DNA from: an uncultured Actinomycetes bacterium
GTDB lineage: Bacteria > Actinomycetota > UBA4738 > HRBIN12
Direction of reading: 5' to 3'
Length of the DNA: 64,000 nucleotides
NCBI GenBank assembly: GCA_963704725.1
Contig: OY969934.1
Location: forward strand, 2,624,001 to 2,688,000
A program made the translations under genes and the position numbers. Positions 37,155-47,568 of the stretch are shown here, piece by piece. Every line of letters starts with the position of its first letter. Positions within the stretch are counted from its first letter, which is position 1. The notes below the pieces were generated by a model. It did no database searches and was not told the origin of the DNA. It saw nothing but the letters and a program-made list of their open reading frames with translations.

Positions 37155-38132
37155 TCACGCGGGCGCCCCCGCGAGCACCTCGCCCACCCAGTCCTGGTGG
37201 TCGCGGTACCAGGCCAGCGTGATGGCCAGCCCGTCCGAGAACGGCGTGGCCGGTCGCCACCCGAGGCCATCGAGCCGATCCCACCGCAGGCCGTACGCGA
37301 GGTCGTGTCCGGGTCGGTCGGGCACGAAGGTGACGAGGCCTTCGTCGACGCCGAGGTAGGAGCAGATGCGCTTGGCCAGCTCGAGGTTGGTCATCTCGGT
37401 GCCGCCGCCGATGTTGTAGCTCGTGCCCGCCTGGCCGTGCTCGAGCACCAGCCCGACGGCCCGAACGAAGTCCCGGACGTACAGCCACTCCCGGCGGTTG
37501 CGGCCGTCGCCGTACACGGGGATGGGAAGTCCTTGCAGCGCAGCGTTCGCCCACGTGGGGATGGCCTTCTCCGGGTGCTGCCGCGGGCCGAACGCGTTCG
37601 TGCCCCGGATCGTCGTGACGGGCAGGCCGTAGGTGATCGCGTACGAGCGGCACAGCAGGTCGGCGCCGGCCTTGCTCGCCGCGTACGGGTTCCGGGGAAG
37701 CATGGGAGCGTCCTCGCCGAACGGCTCGGACTCGCTCGACCCGTAGACCTCGTCGGTCGACACGAACAGCAAGGGCTTGCCCAGCTCGCGGCACGCCTCG
37801 AGCACGACCTGCGTGCCGAGGACGTTCGAGAGCACGAACGCCCGGGCGTCGTCGATGCTGCGGTCGACGAAGGACTCGGCGGCGGCGTGAACGACCTTGT
37901 CCGCCCACTCGACCAGACCGACCACGTCCTGCGGGACCGCCACGTCGCCGAGCACGAAGCGGAACCTCGGATCGGGCTCGTGGTGGACGAGGTTCCGTCG
38001 CGTACCGGCGTACGTGAGCTTGTCCAGCACGGTGACGTCGGTGGTGGGCCGCTCGAGCAGCAGGTCCACGAGGTGGGAGCCGATGAAGCCGGCCCCTCCC
38101 GTGACGAGGACGTGCTCACGACGCTCGGCCAT
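37155..38132 (-). CDS. rfbB: dTDP-glucose 4,6-dehydratase
   Basis: GGAGFIGS, DKLTYAG, STDEVYG, YAASK, DRPGHD. Confidence 0.95.
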   Translation of the reverse strand: MAERREHVLVTGGAGFIGSHLVDLLLERPTTDVTVLDKLTYAGTRRNLVHHEPDPRFRFVLGDVAVPQDVVGLVEWADKVVHAAAESFVDRSIDDARAFVLSNVLGTQVVLEACRELGKPLLFVSTDEVYGSSESEPFGEDAPMLPRNPYAASKAGADLLCRSYAITYGLPVTTIRGTNAFGPRQHPEKAIPTWANAALQGLPIPVYGDGRNRREWLYVRDFVRAVGLVLEHGQAGTSYNIGGGTEMTNLELAKRICSYLGVDEGLVTFVPDRPGHDLAYGLRWDRLDGLGWRPATPFSDGLAITLAWYRDHQDWVGEVLAGAPA

Positions 38133-38145
38133 GGTGCGCCCGAGT

Positions 38146-39306
38146 CTACCGGCGGTGCCCTGCGCCGGCGCCCGCCGCCTGCAGCACCTCGGCCGTGCGC
38201 CGGGCCGTCTCCTGCCACGTGTACGCCCGGACCCGTTCGGCCCCGGCGCGGCGCAGCCCCTCCCGGAGCCCCTCGTCGCGCAGGAGGCGATCGAGGCCGT
38301 CGGCGATGGCCGCGGCGTCGAGCGGATCGACGAGCAGCGCGGCCCTCCCCGCCACCTCCGGAAGCGCGGAGGTGTCGGCCGTGAGCACGGGGAGCCCGGC
38401 GGCGAACGCCTCCAGCACGGGGAACCCGAAGCCCTCGTGGAGCGACGGGTACGCGAGCGCCTCCGCCCCGGCGAGGAGCGCACGCTTGTCCGCCTCCGAG
38501 ACGTAGCCCGTGAGGACGACGCGCCGGCGGACGGCCTCGGGGAGCTTCTCGACCGCCGCCCGCAGCCGCCCGGCCTCGTCGGGGATCCAGTTCACCTCAC
38601 CCCCGGCGATCACGAGCCAGGCGTCGGTACCGCAGGCGCGGAACGCCTCGACGAGCCGGACCAGGTTCTTGCGGGGGTCGATCCCTCCGACGAACAGCAC
38701 GTACCGCCCGCCGATGCCGAACCGTTCGCGGACGCCCGCGACCTCGGCCGGCGGCGGCGGCACGAACGCCTCCGCGCCGTGGGCGATCGCGTGGATCCGG
38801 GCCGGGTCGACGTCGTCGTGATGGACCAGGAGATCGCGTCTCGCGCTCTCCGACGGGACGATGACGCCTGCCGCTCGGCGCAGCCATCGACGGAACACCC
38901 GCCGCCAACGGGCGTCGATCTGCGGAGCCATCTCGGGGAAGCGCTCGTACGCGAGATCGTGGACGACGAGCACGACCCCTCGGCTCCTCGTGGCCGGGGG
39001 CAGGAAGTTGGTCGCCAGCAGCGCGTCGAAGTCCAGCCGCAGCCACTCGAGGCGCGGCATCCCGATCCGCCACGTGACCGGCTGGAACACGCGCGCGGGG
39101 AAGCGCGACGGATGCTCGGTGAGGTTCGGCGCGAGGCCCTCGAAGAACCGGCGCCGCGTGACCAGGCCTTTCGCGTGGAGGTACCAGGCGACGTACTCGG
39201 GCAAGGGGTCTTCGGCCGGGAGGTGCCGGAGGATCTGGCGCGTGTAGTGGCCGACGCCGGTGCCGTGCGGATCCAGTGCCGGGCGCGCGTCGATCGCGAT
39301 GCGCAC
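38146..39306 (-). CDS. GT4 glycosyltransferase
   Basis: TGVGHY, PRKN, PSLHEGFGFPVLEA. Confidence 0.9.
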   Translation of the reverse strand: MRIAIDARPALDPHGTGVGHYTRQILRHLPAEDPLPEYVAWYLHAKGLVTRRRFFEGLAPNLTEHPSRFPARVFQPVTWRIGMPRLEWLRLDFDALLATNFLPPATRSRGVVLVVHDLAYERFPEMAPQIDARWRRVFRRWLRRAAGVIVPSESARRDLLVHHDDVDPARIHAIAHGAEAFVPPPPAEVAGVRERFGIGGRYVLFVGGIDPRKNLVRLVEAFRACGTDAWLVIAGGEVNWIPDEAGRLRAAVEKLPEAVRRRVVLTGYVSEADKRALLAGAEALAYPSLHEGFGFPVLEAFAAGLPVLTADTSALPEVAGRAALLVDPLDAAAIADGLDRLLRDEGLREGLRRAGAERVRAYTWQETARRTAEVLQAAGAGAGHRR

Positions 39307-39312
39307 GCCGGT

Positions 39313-40371
39313 TCAGTCGACCTCGACGCGACTCTGGTCGCCGATCACGAGGCGCTGGACGCCCTCCACGCCGGAGTGGCGGACCTCGGCGTTGCGTCCC
39401 AGGATCGAACCGCGTACCGTCCGCACCCCCTCGATGCGCGAACCCTCCATCGCGATCGAGTCCTCGACGCGGCTCGAGGCGACGACGCACGACGCCGACA
39501 GCGCGACGTCGGGTCCGAGAGTGGAGTCCTCGACGAGCGAGCCCGCCCCCACGATCACCGGCCCGACGATCGTCGACCGCACGACCTTCGCGCCGGCCTC
39601 GACGACGACGATCCCGGACAGCTCCGACGCCTCGTCGACCTCTCCCGCGATCCTCGGCTCAAGAACCGAGAGCATCATCCGGTTCGCCTCGAGCAGGTCC
39701 TCGGGGCGGCCGGTGTCCTTCCAATAGCCCGTCACCATCTCGGCCCGGACGGTCCGGCCGTGATCGATCAGCCACTGGATGGCCTCGGTGATCTCGTACT
39801 CGCCCCGCCACGAGGGCTTCAGGGTCGCGGCGGCCTCGAGGATCGAGTCGTCGAACAGGTACACGCCGACGAGCGCGAGGTCCGACAGGAACTCCTTCGG
39901 CTTCTCGACCAGCCGGACGACCCGGTCGCCCTCCAGCACCGCCACGCCGAAGTGCTCGGGCTCGGGTACCCGGGCCAGGAAGATCTGCGCGTCGGGCCGG
40001 TGGCGCTCGAACTCCTCGACGAAGCGCCGGATCCCGCCCATGAGGACGTTGTCGCCGAGGTACATCACGAAGGGCTCGCCTCGGACGAAGTCGGCGGCCG
40101 TCGTCACGGCGTTCGCCAGTCCGAGCGGCGCCGGCTGGTGGATGTAGGTCACGTCCAGGCCCCACGCCGAGCCGTCGCCGACCGCTGCCCGCACCTCGTC
40201 CGCGGTCTGGCCGACGACGAGCCCCACCTCGACGATCCCGGCCTCCGCGATCGCCGACAGCACGTGGAACAGGATCGGGGTGTTGGCAACCGGGATCAGC
40301 TGCTTCGCGTTCGTGTGGGTGATCGGGCGGAGCCGGGAGCCCTCCCCGCCCGAGAGGACGAGCGCTCTCAC
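39313..40371 (-). CDS. rfbA: glucose-1-phosphate thymidylyltransferase (long form)
   Basis: GGEGSRLRPITHTNAKQL, YLGDN, RGEYEITEA, WKDTG. Confidence 0.94.
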   Translation of the reverse strand: MRALVLSGGEGSRLRPITHTNAKQLIPVANTPILFHVLSAIAEAGIVEVGLVVGQTADEVRAAVGDGSAWGLDVTYIHQPAPLGLANAVTTAADFVRGEPFVMYLGDNVLMGGIRRFVEEFERHRPDAQIFLARVPEPEHFGVAVLEGDRVVRLVEKPKEFLSDLALVGVYLFDDSILEAAATLKPSWRGEYEITEAIQWLIDHGRTVRAEMVTGYWKDTGRPEDLLEANRMMLSVLEPRIAGEVDEASELSGIVVVEAGAKVVRSTIVGPVIVGAGSLVEDSTLGPDVALSASCVVASSRVEDSIAMEGSRIEGVRTVRGSILGRNAEVRHSGVEGVQRLVIGDQSRVEVD

Positions 40372-41792
40372 GTGGGGCACTCTACCTGTGGACCGGTCTG
40401 CGGCGCAGGGATCCGGTAGCCGCCCGTGATGACGACCGCCACGTCCTGGCCGACCGGCAGCGTTCCGGGGGGCGCCGGGACGAGCTCCAGGTTGGGGAAG
40501 TACGTCCCCACGACCTTGGCCATGTCCTCGGTGCCCTCGCGATACAGGATCATCGCGCCCTTGCGCGGCGCGTCGACCGCCGATGCGTCGACGATCCCCG
40601 GAGACGTGTTGAACCCGCCCTCGGTGAGCACCGTCGACACCTCGGTCGCGACGCCGCCCGACCGCTTGTCCACGACGGAGACGACGATGTTGGCGGGCGA
40701 GGGGGCGACGCCGGCGAGCTCGAGGCCGAGGTCGCCGAGCGGCTGGTTGTCGCGAAGCCGCCTGAACAGCTCATTCGCGTCCGGCTGCACCATGTTCACG
40801 ATCGACAGGAACGTGCCGTTGCTGTCGTAGATCCCCGCGGGGGTGCTCGGCACGGAGCGGAAATCGGCGTTGTCCGTCCCTACGCTGCCGAGCTGGTCCG
40901 CGAGGTACACGAGGTCGGCCACGTTCATCCCCTCGTCGACGACGAGGTTGTCGAGGAGCTCGGGGACGAGGCTCGGCAGGTGGAGCAGCTCTCCCGGTTG
41001 GAGCAGCTTGCTGATGACGGCGCGCAGGAACTGCTGCTGTCGTCCGATCCGGGCGAAGTCGGGGACGCGGTCACAGGGTTGATGGCGTGTCCGCACGTAC
41101 GCGAGCGCCGTGGCCCCGTCGAAGTCCTGGCACCCGGCGCCGATGTCCAGCCCGGTGAGCTCGTCCTGCATCGGATAGGGGACGCACATCCGGACGCCGC
41201 CCAGCGCGTCCACCAGTCCCTCGAAGCCGGCGAGCGACACGTACATCACGTGGTGGACCTGCATCCCGGTGATCTGCGTGACGGTTCGCGCGACCCTGGC
41301 TGCCCCGGCGCCCTTGATACCGCCCGAGAACGCCGAGTTGATCTTGCCCTGCCCCATCCCCGGGATGTCGACCCACAGATCGCGTGGGAAGGACAGGAAC
41401 GTCGCCTCCTTCTGACCGGGGCGCGTGTGGACCAGGATGATCGTGTCGGAACGATTCTCGCCGCCGATGTCGGCGTTCGTGCCGAAATGCTCCTGCTCCT
41501 GCGCGGAGAGCCCTTGCCGCGAGTCGCTCCCCAGCAGGAGGTAGTTGCAGGCGTGCGTCGCGCACTTGCCCAGGATGTCGTGCACGTCGGGCTGCGGCGA
41601 GCCCGAGGGCACGGGCGCGTCGACGATGTCGATCGTCTGTCGCTGGGCGTTCGCCCAGACGTACGCCCCCATGCCGACGGCCGAGCCCAGCATCACGAGC
41701 GCGGCGAACGCGGCAGAGGCGCCGAGCAGCGTGCGGCGCAGGTGGGGATGCGGGTGGCCCTGTCGTGCGGGCGTGGCGGGTCCGTCGGACAT
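40368..41792 (-). CDS. LCP family protein with LytR C-terminal domain
   Basis: LLLGSDSR, RSDTI, FPRD, KINSAF, DFARIGRQQ. Confidence 0.92.
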   Translation of the reverse strand: MSDGPATPARQGHPHPHLRRTLLGASAAFAALVMLGSAVGMGAYVWANAQRQTIDIVDAPVPSGSPQPDVHDILGKCATHACNYLLLGSDSRQGLSAQEQEHFGTNADIGGENRSDTIILVHTRPGQKEATFLSFPRDLWVDIPGMGQGKINSAFSGGIKGAGAARVARTVTQITGMQVHHVMYVSLAGFEGLVDALGGVRMCVPYPMQDELTGLDIGAGCQDFDGATALAYVRTRHQPCDRVPDFARIGRQQQFLRAVISKLLQPGELLHLPSLVPELLDNLVVDEGMNVADLVYLADQLGSVGTDNADFRSVPSTPAGIYDSNGTFLSIVNMVQPDANELFRRLRDNQPLGDLGLELAGVAPSPANIVVSVVDKRSGGVATEVSTVLTEGGFNTSPGIVDASAVDAPRKGAMILYREGTEDMAKVVGTYFPNLELVPAPPGTLPVGQDVAVVITGGYRIPAPQTGPQVECPT

Positions 41793-41847
41793 AGGCTTTC
41801 GCCGACGAGCCTACCCGCAGCCCTCCCAGCCCGATACGGAGGCGCCC

Positions 41848-43782
41848 GTGACGATCGTGTGGCAACCCACCGAGGCCTACCTGGAGCGCGCCAACGTCAC
41901 GCGCTTCATGCGGGCCAACGGCATCGAGACGGAGGAGGAGCTGATCCGGCGCTCGACGACGGACGTCGCATGGTTCTGGGACGCGGTCGTGAAGGACCTC
42001 GGCCTCGAGTTCTTCGAGCCGTACGACCGGGTGCTGGACGTCTCGAACGGTCCCGAGTGGGCGACGTGGTTCGGGGGCGGGACCGTGAACCTGGCGCACG
42101 ACTGCGTCGACCGATGGGCCGAGCGCACGCCGGACGCCATCGCCGTGATCTGGGAGGGCGAGGAGGGCGGGGTCCGGCGCGTCACCTATCGAGAGCTCCG
42201 CGAGACCTCGGACGCGCTCGCGAACGGGCTCGTCGCGCTCGGCGTCGGGACCGGCGACGCCGTGGGGATCTTCCTCCCGATGTGTCCGGAGGCCGTGGCC
42301 TCGGTCATGGCGTGCTCGAAGCTCGGTGCCGTGTGGCTGCCCATCTTCAGCGGGTTCGGCGCCGACGCCGTCGCCACGCGACTGGCCGACGCCGAGGCGA
42401 AGGTGCTCATCACGGCGGATGGCTTCCCCCGTCGCGGCCGCCAGGTCCGGATGAAGGAGGTCGCGGACGAGGCGGTCGCCCTCGCGCCGACCGTGGCGCG
42501 CACGGTGGTGGTCCCCCGCCTCGGCCGCGACGATGTCCCGTGGGACGCGTCGCGCGACGTGATGTGGCAGCGCCTCCTCGACGAGCACACCGGGCCGTTC
42601 GAGACCCGACATCTGGATCCCGAGCATCCGCTGTTCGTCGCCTACACGAGCGGGACGACCGGCCGGCCCAAGGGCGCGGTGCACGTGCACGGAGGCTTCC
42701 TGGTGAAGATCGCCGAGGAGGTCGCGTACCAGGCCGACGTGCATCCCGGCGAGATCCTGTTCTGGTTCGCCGACCTCGGTTGGATCATGGGGCCGTGGGA
42801 GGTCGTCGGCGCCACGGCGCTCGGCGCCACGGTCTTCCTCTACGACGGCGCGCCGAACCACCCCGGACCCGACCGGCTGTGGTCGATGATCGAGCGCCAC
42901 CGGATCACGCACCTCGGCGTCTCGCCCACGCTGGTCCGCGCGCTGATCCCGGCCGGCGAGGAGCCGGTCCGGAGCCACGACCTCTCGTCCCTGCGGATCC
43001 TCGCGTCGACGGGCGAGCCGTGGAACCCCGAGCCCTACCGGTGGTTCCTCGAGGAGGTCGGCAGGGGAGACCTCCCCATCATCAACCTGTCCGGTGGGAC
43101 CGAGGTCGGCGCGTGCTTCCTCTCGCCTCATCCCATCAGCCCGTTGAAGTCGTGCTCGCTGCGGGGGCCGGCGCTCGGCATGGACATCGCCGTCTACCGG
43201 TCCGACGGGACCGAGGCCGCGGCCGGCGAGGTCGGCGAGCTAGTGTGCCGCAAGCCGTGGCCGGCCATGACCCGAGGCCTCCGCGGCGACCCGGAGCGCT
43301 ACCTCGACGCGTACTGGCGGCGATTCCCCGGGGTGTGGACGCACGGAGACTGGGCCAGCGTGGACGAGGACGGCTTCTGGTTCCTCCACGGCCGCAGCGA
43401 CGACACGATGAACGTGGCCGGCAAGCGGCTGGGGCCCGCGGAGGTCGAGAGCATCCTCACGCTCGACACGCGGATCGCCGAGTCGGCCGTCGTCGGCATC
43501 CCCGACGAGCTGAAGGGGGAGGCGATCTGGTGCTTCGTCGTGGCGCGTCCCGGCGTCGAGCCCGAGGAGGGTCTGGGCGAGGAGCTCCGGGCGCTCGTGG
43601 CCCGCCATCTCGGCAAGGCCTTCCGCCCGAGCCGGATCGTGTTCGTGCCCGAGCTGCCGAGGACGCGCTCGGCGAAGATCCTGCGCCGAGCCATCCGGGC
43701 CACCGTCGCCGGCGAGGACCCCGGCGACCTCTCCAGCCTGGAGAACCCCACGGCCATCGAGGCGATCCGAAGCGCCGTCTGA
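41848..43782 (+). CDS. acetyl-CoA synthetase-like AMP-binding enzyme
   Basis: YTSGTTGRPKG, SGGTE, HGD, GRSDD, PRTRSAKILRR. Confidence 0.9.
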   Translation: MTIVWQPTEAYLERANVTRFMRANGIETEEELIRRSTTDVAWFWDAVVKDLGLEFFEPYDRVLDVSNGPEWATWFGGGTVNLAHDCVDRWAERTPDAIAVIWEGEEGGVRRVTYRELRETSDALANGLVALGVGTGDAVGIFLPMCPEAVASVMACSKLGAVWLPIFSGFGADAVATRLADAEAKVLITADGFPRRGRQVRMKEVADEAVALAPTVARTVVVPRLGRDDVPWDASRDVMWQRLLDEHTGPFETRHLDPEHPLFVAYTSGTTGRPKGAVHVHGGFLVKIAEEVAYQADVHPGEILFWFADLGWIMGPWEVVGATALGATVFLYDGAPNHPGPDRLWSMIERHRITHLGVSPTLVRALIPAGEEPVRSHDLSSLRILASTGEPWNPEPYRWFLEEVGRGDLPIINLSGGTEVGACFLSPHPISPLKSCSLRGPALGMDIAVYRSDGTEAAAGEVGELVCRKPWPAMTRGLRGDPERYLDAYWRRFPGVWTHGDWASVDEDGFWFLHGRSDDTMNVAGKRLGPAEVESILTLDTRIAESAVVGIPDELKGEAIWCFVVARPGVEPEEGLGEELRALVARHLGKAFRPSRIVFVPELPRTRSAKILRRAIRATVAGEDPGDLSSLENPTAIEAIRSAV

Positions 43783-43803
43783 ACCCGACTACGCTTAGGC
43801 GTC

Positions 43804-44634
43804 ATGCCGGCGCCACCGATGTCCGTCCTCGCCGTGGGCGTGGCGGTGGACGACCTCCCCGGCGCCGCCGTCGAGACGACCGACGACCTCATCGGGGCGC
43901 TCGCGCGGCTGGCGGACGGCGGGCTGGATCTCGTGCTGCTCTCGCTCGAGCTGCCCGACGAGCCCGGTCTCGACGCGATCCGGGCGATCCGCGAGCGCGT
44001 TCCGGAGGTGCCGATCGTCGTCGTGGCCGTCGACGCGCTCGCTTCGTCGGCGCTCGGGGCCGGCGCCGACGAGGTCGTCCCGCCGGACGGTGGATCGCAG
44101 CTCCTCGCTCGCGCCGCCCGGTACGCGGTCGCCCTCCAGCGCATGCGGACCGAGCTCCACCGCCGCGAGATCGTCGACGAGGTCACCGGGCTGTACAACG
44201 CGAGGGGGTTCGAGGAGTTCGCGGCACACCACATGGCGCTCGCGAGCCGCTCGTCGCGGCCGCTCGTCATCCTGTCCGTGCGGATCGACGGCCCATCCGG
44301 CGCGAACGCGGCCGATCGGGGTCCGCGCAGGGACCACTCGCTCGCCGATGCGGCCGAGGTCCTGCGCGCCGCCGTCCGAGACTGCGACGTCCTGGCCAGG
44401 CGAGACGGCGGCGCGTTCTGCGTCCTGCTCACCGGAGACGCCGTCGGCGCCGAGGCGCTGGTGCTCTCGCGGCTGGTGAACGCCCTGGCCGTGAGCAACG
44501 CCCGGGCCGGCCGCACCGGGAACCTCTCCCTCTCGGTGGGAGCGGCCACCTACGACCCCTCGAACCCCCAGACGCTCGGGGACCTCCTCGCCGCCGCCGA
44601 CCGGGTCGGGGCGACCCCCGAGGAGCCCGCGTGA
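43804..44634 (+). CDS. degenerate REC-GGDEF protein
   Basis: DEVTGLYNARGF; ARRDGGAF in place of RxGGDEF; LLSLELPD in place of the receiver Asp. Confidence 0.75.
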   Translation: MPAPPMSVLAVGVAVDDLPGAAVETTDDLIGALARLADGGLDLVLLSLELPDEPGLDAIRAIRERVPEVPIVVVAVDALASSALGAGADEVVPPDGGSQLLARAARYAVALQRMRTELHRREIVDEVTGLYNARGFEEFAAHHMALASRSSRPLVILSVRIDGPSGANAADRGPRRDHSLADAAEVLRAAVRDCDVLARRDGGAFCVLLTGDAVGAEALVLSRLVNALAVSNARAGRTGNLSLSVGAATYDPSNPQTLGDLLAAADRVGATPEEPA

Positions 44635-44767
44635 GCCCGCCCCGCGCGCCGTCGAGCGATCCGCGGCCCACCCGGCCGCGAATCCCCACCGACGTCCCCC
44701 CGCTCCCGGCGCGCGCGAGTGACTCGGCGAGCGGGTTCGGCGAAGCGACGGCACGAGCGAAGGAGCC

Positions 44768-45397
44768 ATGGCGAGCGCGACCCTGCTCGACCCCAACCGG
44801 GTCGGCCGATCGGAGACGACCGTGGCGCTCGATCTGAGCGAGGCGCGGGATCGCGACCTGGTCCAGCGGATCGAGGCCGGCGACGAGGAGGCGTTCCGGG
44901 GGCTGTTCCGGCGGTACGGCCCCACCGCGACGGCGCTCGCCCGCCAGGTGGCCCGCCAGCCCTTCCTGGCCGAGGAGATCGTCCAGGAGGCCTTCCTGGC
45001 CGTGTGGCGGAACCCGTCCGGATACGACCAAGGGCGCGGCTCCGTGAAGTCCTGGTTGATGGGCATGGTCCACCACCGGGCGGTCGACGCCATCCGCCGG
45101 GAGGAGGCACAGCGCCGGCGCGCCGAGGACGCCCAGGCCACCGACGTCGTCGTCGTGGCGGACCCCGCCGAGGCGGTCGTGGAGGAGCTGGGCCTGCCGG
45201 ACGAGCGCCGGGCCGTCCGCGCCGCGCTCGATCACCTGCCGGCCGAGCAGCGTCAGGTGATCGAGCTGATGTACTTCGGCGGCCTGTCGCAATCCAGGAT
45301 CTCCGAGCGGCTCGGTCTGCCGCTCGGCACGGTGAAGTCACGGACGCTGCTCGGCATGCGCCGCCTGCGGAAGACCTTGATCGGGATGGAGCGATGA
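44768..45397 (+). CDS. ECF sigma factor (SigK-like)
   Basis: AEEIVQEAFLAVW, HHRAVDAIR, PLGTVKSR. Confidence 0.92.
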   Translation: MASATLLDPNRVGRSETTVALDLSEARDRDLVQRIEAGDEEAFRGLFRRYGPTATALARQVARQPFLAEEIVQEAFLAVWRNPSGYDQGRGSVKSWLMGMVHHRAVDAIRREEAQRRRAEDAQATDVVVVADPAEAVVEELGLPDERRAVRAALDHLPAEQRQVIELMYFGGLSQSRISERLGLPLGTVKSRTLLGMRRLRKTLIGMER

Positions 45398-46107
45398 GGG
45401 ATCACGAGGCGATCGAGGAGCTCCTGGCCGTCCGGGCCCTCGGCGGCCTCGATGCGGACGACGACGAACGGCTCCGCCGGGAGATGGCGGAGCACGGTGA
45501 CGACTGCCAGGAGTGTCGCCGCCTCGAGTTCGAGCTGGGCGAGGTGGCCGGCCGGCTGGCGTTCGCCCTCGACCCCGTGCACGTTCGCGACGGCGCCGAG
45601 AACCGGCTCGTCGCCGCCGCCACGCGCGAGCGGGTCCGGCTCCGGCCGGCGGGCGATCGCGGCCGGCGCTCGACGGGGTGGCCCGGGATGCGACTGCGTC
45701 CCCTGGTGGCGATCGCCGCGTCGGTCGTGCTCTTCGCCGCCGGGCTGGGAGTCGGGGTGGTGGCATCCGGGGGCGGCGACGGCGTGCCGCCCGACGCGCG
45801 GGTCGTGGCGTTCCAGGGCGAGGGCGCGGGGTCGCTGTCGGTGGCCTTCCGGCCGGGGAACGACGGCGTCTACCTGCTGGGCTCGGGCCTGCAGGAGCCC
45901 CCGTCGGGCCGCGTCTACGAGGTCTGGATGTTCCAGGGCGGCACGCCCGTGCCGACGACCTGCTTCCGACCGTCGCAGGACGGGTCGGTCTTCGAGTTCG
46001 TCGACGCCGGTCTGGGAACCACGGACGCGATGGCCGTCACGATCGAGCCGTCTGACTGCCCCTCGGCCCCCACGACCACGCCGATCCTGTCGGCCGAGAT
46101 CGCCTGA
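45394..46107 (+). CDS. anti-sigma factor (RskA-like)
   Basis: HGDDCQEC zinc motif, TM, YEVW, AVTIEP..SAPT. Confidence 0.88.
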   Translation: MRDHEAIEELLAVRALGGLDADDDERLRREMAEHGDDCQECRRLEFELGEVAGRLAFALDPVHVRDGAENRLVAAATRERVRLRPAGDRGRRSTGWPGMRLRPLVAIAASVVLFAAGLGVGVVASGGGDGVPPDARVVAFQGEGAGSLSVAFRPGNDGVYLLGSGLQEPPSGRVYEVWMFQGGTPVPTTCFRPSQDGSVFEFVDAGLGTTDAMAVTIEPSDCPSAPTTTPILSAEIA

Positions 46108-46121
46108 GCGCCCGGACCCGG

Positions 46122-46535
46122 CTAGCGGACGACGAGGACCGGCACCTCGGCGAGGTGCACGACCTTGTGGGCCACGCTGCCCATCAGCAGGCGGCTCCAC
46201 TCCGAGAGCCCACGCGTACCGAGGACGATGAGGCTGACGTTCTCGTCTCGAGCCGCGTCCAGGATCGCGCGCGGCGTCTGACCGAGCGGCACGCGGACGA
46301 TCTCGCCCCGGACGCTGACCCCGTCGTCCTTGAGCTGCCGCACGATCCGATCCACGAGGTTCATCGCCTCGTCCGAGCTCTCCGCATCGACGTCCACCCC
46401 GAGCGCGACCTCGTGCTCGCGGGCGTGGAAGACGAGGATCTCGGACCGATAGCGCTGGGCGAGGTCGATCGCGACCGGGATGGCCTTCGCGCTGTGCCGC
46501 GAACCGTCGACGGCGAGGAGGATCTTCTCGAACAC
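46122..46535 (-). CDS. universal stress protein
   Basis: ILLAVDGS, LGTRG...MGSVAHKV. Confidence 0.92.
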   Translation of the reverse strand: MFEKILLAVDGSRHSAKAIPVAIDLAQRYRSEILVFHAREHEVALGVDVDAESSDEAMNLVDRIVRQLKDDGVSVRGEIVRVPLGQTPRAILDAARDENVSLIVLGTRGLSEWSRLLMGSVAHKVVHLAEVPVLVVR

Positions 46536-46762
46536 CGCCACCACCTCCTCCTGGCGCGAAGCATCCCGCCCCCGCCCCAGCGCTCCGAGGGCCGTACGGG
46601 CCGCCCCGGGCGGTCCCATCGGCGGGCTCGGCCCACTCCGCTCGAACGCTCGTCCCCGCACGACGCCTCGCAGGCTTACCCAGCCCTTAACCATCACCTG
46701 GAATCCGCCTGAACCACCCGTCCGTAGCGTGACCCCTGTCCCCGGACCGAGGAGGTTGACGG

Positions 46763-47174
46763 ATGAAGAAGCGATCCGCGATGACGATCGCGGGCGGACT
46801 CGTCGCAGCGCTGCTCGCCGGCGCCGTGGCCCTGTCGCTCGGGTTCGCGAGCGGCTCCCCTTCGACGACGGCCGCCCCGACGACCCGAGAGCCCCGCGTC
46901 CGCACGATCGAGCGAACGATCAAGATCCACCGCAAGTCCAAGCACACCCCGGCGCCCGTCGTCCGGACGATCCCGGCGCCCGCCGCCCCAGCCCCGGCCG
47001 CGCCGGCAACGAGGTCCCGGCCGTCCGCCGACCGCCCGTCGTCCGGCACGCCGAGCGGTGGCATGGTCGGAGAGCGACGACGAGTCCGACGACCAGTTCG
47101 AGAGCGAGGAGGACCACAGCCAGGACCACGAGTCCGACGACGATGGCGAGGACGACGGCGGGTTCGATGACTGA
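46763..47174 (+). pseudogene. secreted Pro/Thr-rich protein with acidic tail, apparent +1 frameshift near 47063
   Basis: High-GC3 coding switches to a frame giving WSESDDESDDQFESEEDH...GGFDD*; may be a sequencing error. Confidence 0.55.
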
Positions 47175-47568
47175 GCGGTCGGCCGATCACCGTCCCCGGC
47201 GGCGGATCTCACGCCGCGCCCTGCGGATCTGGGCCTGGGTGAGCGGCGGGCTGGCGTTCCTCGCGCCGTTCGCCGCCCTCGGCGCCTCCCCGAAGCCGGC
47301 TGCGAACGTCGCCGGCGAGGCTCGCCGCCCCGTCCTCATCGTCCGCAGGATCACCAGGAAGGTGATCATCCGCGATCCCGCCCCCGCGCCCGTGCGGTAC
47401 GTCTACGCGCCCTCTTCCGGATACACGCCCTCCGGATCGGGCACGGTGGCCGCACCCTCCGGTGGGGGAAGCCCGGGCGGCGGCGGGGGCGGCGGCGCGC
47501 CGGCGCCGGCACCCGCGCCCGCGCCCGCTCCTCCTCCGCCGCCGCCCACCACCACGGGAGGATCGTGA
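47167..47568 (+). CDS. membrane-anchored Pro/Gly-rich protein ending TTTGGS
   Basis: MTERSADH..., TM, low-complexity linker; coupled to apbE. Confidence 0.7.
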   Translation: MTERSADHRPRRRISRRALRIWAWVSGGLAFLAPFAALGASPKPAANVAGEARRPVLIVRRITRKVIIRDPAPAPVRYVYAPSSGYTPSGSGTVAAPSGGGSPGGGGGGGAPAPAPAPAPAPPPPPPTTTGGS

